Below are positions 25,350-28,081 of a stretch of 28,081 bases of DNA, piece after piece. Origin of the DNA: a virus. Lineage: Duplodnaviria; Caudoviricetes. The position numbers were made by a program, and so were the translations under genes. The stretch covers positions 1-28,081 of the IMG/VR virus record IMGVR_UViG_3300020045_019473, one strand, 5' to 3'. The notes beneath the pieces are model-generated. The model worked only from the letters and a program-made list of their open reading frames with translations, made no database searches and had not been told where the DNA came from. Within the stretch, counting starts at the first letter, position 1. Every line of letters begins with the position of its first letter.

Positions 25350-26810
25350 TTAATATCCAGTTACAGGCGATCGGCCTGATTGTCGCCGGGGATCTGTTGC
25401 GCGCATTTCTAGTTCCTCATCCGACTCAAAATCTTCCTCGTCGAGTTCACTTGAAAGGTCCAAACCCTTAAAAATAATCGCAGTCGAATCGAACTGGTCA
25501 TCGAGCTTTGCTTCTGAATTGCCGGTGAATCGGAGCAACTCGTCTTCATAACCGGAATACCATTCAGCAGTTTTATCGTAGCGAATTGCTCCTGCGCGCA
25601 TACGTTTTTGAAACGGTCTGCCGCGAGTTGCTTTATCTTTAACCGGGGTGATCGGGTAGAAGTTGATCCAGATGTCTCGAAGACGCATTTCACGGTAGAT
25701 CGTCGGGGAGATTGCTTTCCAAATCACCCCATCTTCGATGAAGAATGTGTCCGGGCGGTGGCGAAGTTGAACCTCAAACAACACATCAATCCATTCGGAA
25801 GTGTCCCACCGGCCGACGTACTGGTCGTAGATGTGAGTCAAATTCCTAGCGTCAACACCACCGACGGTGAAGGAAGTTCGATTCGCCCGGTCAGCCTTTG
25901 AAACGGCGAAGTCGGCGCCGGCGACAACCCGTTTCAAGGCGTCGTGATCTTCCGGCTCCATTGCGATGAAGTCTGACTTGCGGAGATATGCTTCACTGGA
26001 ATCGAGCGGGTTATTGAGATACTCTTGCGAGTATCCCGAGGCATCTCCATCCTCGACAAAACTCTGGCGGATCGCACGGAGGCGTTCCTCGGAAAATTGC
26101 TCTGGCCAGAGAATACCGGAGAAATCGTCAAACGAAGAATGCGCTTTGAATAGGCGGGTCGCCCAGACTTTGCCGTTTACAACCCGGTTGAGCAGGGAAT
26201 CGTCGTGCAGAATCGTACCGTGCATGCGGATTTTTCCGCCTTTACGCAGGCAAGGTACGAGCGCCCGGTAGAACCAGCGACGGAATTTTTCCCTTCGATC
26301 GCGATTCTCGACCTGCTCATCCTCTTCCAGGTCGTCGCAAACGATCAGGCCGGGACGCTTGCCATTCCACTTAATCCCGCGCATTTTTTGGCCAGGACCT
26401 TTTGCGATGAAACGGCATTCGTGGCCATCTTTAAACCGAACAATGATGTCAGTCTTGGTGTCACTGATCAATTTATCGACTTGGAAATCCCGGGCAATTT
26501 CCTCGTTTTCACGCAACTCTTTTGCGATGTCACCGAGATGGCCGATTGCCAGATCTTCTGAGGCGGATACGATCACGATGTAATCTTCGACGCGGAATAG
26601 GGCTGTTGCCAGGCTGAAGTCGTGTGTCAGTGCCGTACTTTTCGCATGTCCACGAGGAGCAGCGATCGCCGCCTGCTGAACGGGCTGGCAATACAGATCC
26701 CAACACTCGCGGTGGAATGGTGGGGTCGGAACCGGCATATCATACATCGGAGATAGATATGCTCCGGCAAACGCCTCGATAAGATCGGCAGTTAAAACTA
26801 CGGAACTCAC
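25350..26810 (-). CDS. terL: Terminase large subunit
   Basis: Walker A APRGHAKST, QKMRG, Walker B LIVCDDLE, coupling motif GTILH, QEYLNNP, RNase H-like GADFA and DDQFDS. Confidence 0.96.
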   Translation of the reverse strand: MSSVVLTADLIEAFAGAYLSPMYDMPVPTPPFHRECWDLYCQPVQQAAIAAPRGHAKSTALTHDFSLATALFRVEDYIVIVSASEDLAIGHLGDIAKELRENEEIARDFQVDKLISDTKTDIIVRFKDGHECRFIAKGPGQKMRGIKWNGKRPGLIVCDDLEEDEQVENRDRREKFRRWFYRALVPCLRKGGKIRMHGTILHDDSLLNRVVNGKVWATRLFKAHSSFDDFSGILWPEQFSEERLRAIRQSFVEDGDASGYSQEYLNNPLDSSEAYLRKSDFIAMEPEDHDALKRVVAGADFAVSKADRANRTSFTVGGVDARNLTHIYDQYVGRWDTSEWIDVLFEVQLRHRPDTFFIEDGVIWKAISPTIYREMRLRDIWINFYPITPVKDKATRGRPFQKRMRAGAIRYDKTAEWYSGYEDELLRFTGNSEAKLDDQFDSTAIIFKGLDLSSELDEEDFESDEELEMRATDPRRQSGRSPVTGY

Positions 26811-27109
26811 TAGAAAACTTCCAGTCCGATCGAATTTGTCAGGATGCGGCCGCTTGTCAGATTTGCCGTTATGGTGGCTTTGTAGATGTTGCCGGCGACG
26901 CCACGAGCGAGGGCAAAAGTCACGTCCCCGCCGGAGATGACTGGATTGCCCTCACGCATCAGGTCGGGAACCGGGTCGACCCCCCAAAGCAATACGATGG
27001 AGAGCTGGGCCGAAGAGATCACCTCACCCGGCAACAGGGTAAATGGCATGCTGAAAAAATCCGTCTCCGTCGATTTCTTCGGAGTTGCGCTTGTAAATTG
27101 CTGCGACAT
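26810..27109 (-). CDS. Small beta-rich structural protein (fibre/tail adaptor-like)
   Basis: ATG at 27109; K...E..F.M.F..L.PGE.ISS...G.AGN.Y..T....TSGR pattern; stop overlaps the terL GTG start. Confidence 0.65.
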   Translation of the reverse strand: MSQQFTSATPKKSTETDFFSMPFTLLPGEVISSAQLSIVLLWGVDPVPDLMREGNPVISGGDVTFALARGVAGNIYKATITANLTSGRILTNSIGLEVF

Positions 27110-27119
27110 TTCAGTTCTT

Positions 27120-28081
27120 TCAGTGGCGCAAAAGGGCGGAACGAATTTTGTTTGCAATTGGATAACTGCGGCCGGCATTGAACACGATAGCAAGATTTAT
27201 CGGCGGATAGTTCGCGATGCGCGGGCTGTAGGCGCCGAAAACTAGCCTGCCTTTTCCAGGGGTAACGCTGTGGGAACGGATGACGTTTGGAGCATAGCCA
27301 GAAGCGCTAAGATGGCCAACGCTTGGATCGACAATCCACTGGAAAACGAGTACTGGCGCGTAGCCGGTAGCAATGGTGTGCGCAACGTCCGGGTAAATTC
27401 CTTGTGGACGGTAAACAACCGGCGCGTAGCCGGTGAAGACAGCGTGTTGAGTTCCTGGCCGTTGGTTTTGTACCTGGTCAACTGTCGCATTGTAACCAGT
27501 ATAAGAACCGTGGCCGGGTACTGCAGCGATAAACCTCGCCAGGCTGATTCCCGGCACATAGCCAGTTATTGTATAATGGCCTGTTGAGGTTAAAAGTGCC
27601 CTCGGCCGATAAATTGTAGCCTGTCGGCCGGTAAACACTCCATGATAAGTCGCTGGTGCCTGGGCAAAACCAGAAGCCGTAGTAGGCATCCGCCAGGCAA
27701 TCACCGTGGCGTCGGCGACAAAATACTCTACAATAGCAGATTTTGAGGAGGCGCTGCGAACTTCGGGGGTATAACCGAGATATACTCCATGGTACACACC
27801 TGGTTCGGTGGTGCGACCTTGCCCAAGACTTGGGAAATGCCCGGTAAAAGTGGCATGGCCGGCGCTGGGGTGGACAAAGGTTGTCTGTGTAACACCGGGC
27901 GCGTAACCGGTAAAAGTAACATTACCGATATCCGGCAGCGCTGTATGCCCTTGCCCAGCAATTGGCGAGTAACCAGTAATTATTGCGTTGCCGACCGCCG
28001 GATTGACCGTTACTGGCCCCGGCCCGGCTAACCCTCCAGCAGGAATAAACACTGCACCTTCATAATACAGTGTCCAACCAC
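27120..28081 (-). CDS. Repeat-rich fibre-like structural protein, 5'-truncated by the window edge
   Basis: Frame stays open beyond 28052 to the edge (GWTLYYEGAVFIP...); about 11 tandem ~22-aa repeats of consensus P..GH..FTGY.P. Confidence 0.8.
   Translation of the reverse strand, partial: GWTLYYEGAVFIPAGGLAGPGPVTVNPAVGNAIITGYSPIAGQGHTALPDIGNVTFTGYAPGVTQTTFVHPSAGHATFTGHFPSLGQGRTTEPGVYHGVYLGYTPEVRSASSKSAIVEYFVADATVIAWRMPTTASGFAQAPATYHGVFTGRQATIYRPRALLTSTGHYTITGYVPGISLARFIAAVPGHGSYTGYNATVDQVQNQRPGTQHAVFTGYAPVVYRPQGIYPDVAHTIATGYAPVLVFQWIVDPSVGHLSASGYAPNVIRSHSVTPGKGRLVFGAYSPRIANYPPINLAIVFNAGRSYPIANKIRSALLRH

Larger units (their letters stand above)
1..28081. mobile_element. Bacteriophage genome segment (podovirus-type; replication and morphogenesis modules)
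   Basis: Terminase, portal, scaffold, capsid, tail adaptor/nozzle, ejection proteins and tailspike on the - strand; DNA polymerase, exonuclease and SSB on the + strand; dense overlapping start/stop junctions; no host housekeeping block or tape-measure gene. Confidence 0.97.

Noticed and set aside
1-28081. Apparent abundance of GATC/TCGA/CGATCG as a possible methyltransferase target signature
   Set aside because: Not counted, and explainable by ATC/GAT/GAC/GAG codon usage; needs a codon-aware k-mer test.
1-28081. CRISPR array, tRNA, integrase/att site, lysis cassette, reverse transcriptase/DGR, intron or intein, stop-codon recoding
   Set aside because: None seen: intergenic gaps are tiny, terL and polymerase are uninterrupted, and genes end in TAA, TGA and TAG under the standard code. 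Lifestyle and host cannot be determined from this window.

Overview
The whole window is a segment of a tailed dsDNA bacteriophage (Caudoviricetes) with podovirus-type architecture and roughly 60% GC by eye. Two gene blocks converge at ~7370. The + strand (~120-7365) carries a replication/DNA-metabolism operon: a 5'-truncated AAA/RecA-like ATPase, a putative SSB, a ParB-DNA methyltransferase fusion, an ExoX-like DEDDh exonuclease, a family A DNA polymerase with an N-terminal uracil-DNA-glycosylase-like domain and several non-canonical active-site residues, a stand-alone DUF3987-type AAA+ protein and a small HTH/Cys protein. The - strand (28081-7373) carries the morphogenesis operon: a 22-aa-repeat fibre-like protein, a small adaptor, large terminase, portal, GroES, scaffold, decoration and major capsid proteins, tail adaptor/nozzle, three ejection proteins, a Zn-finger protein and a beta-helix tailspike. 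The most notable observations are (i) the UDG-PolA with Asp at the steric gate and His at position 762, in a ParB-MTase/ExoX/DUF3987 module with no primase in view; (ii) a multi-stem, probably pseudoknotted RNA filling the gap after the major capsid gene; (iii) an enzyme-like ExQSD domain between two hydrophobic hairpins in the 1536-aa ejection protein; (iv) an inverted Zn-finger gene fragment at 1-120 that replaces the ATPase N-terminus (inversion or assembly chimera). No integrase, lysis genes, RNA polymerase, tRNA or CRISPR array was seen. All family assignments come from motifs recognised by eye; no searches were run.
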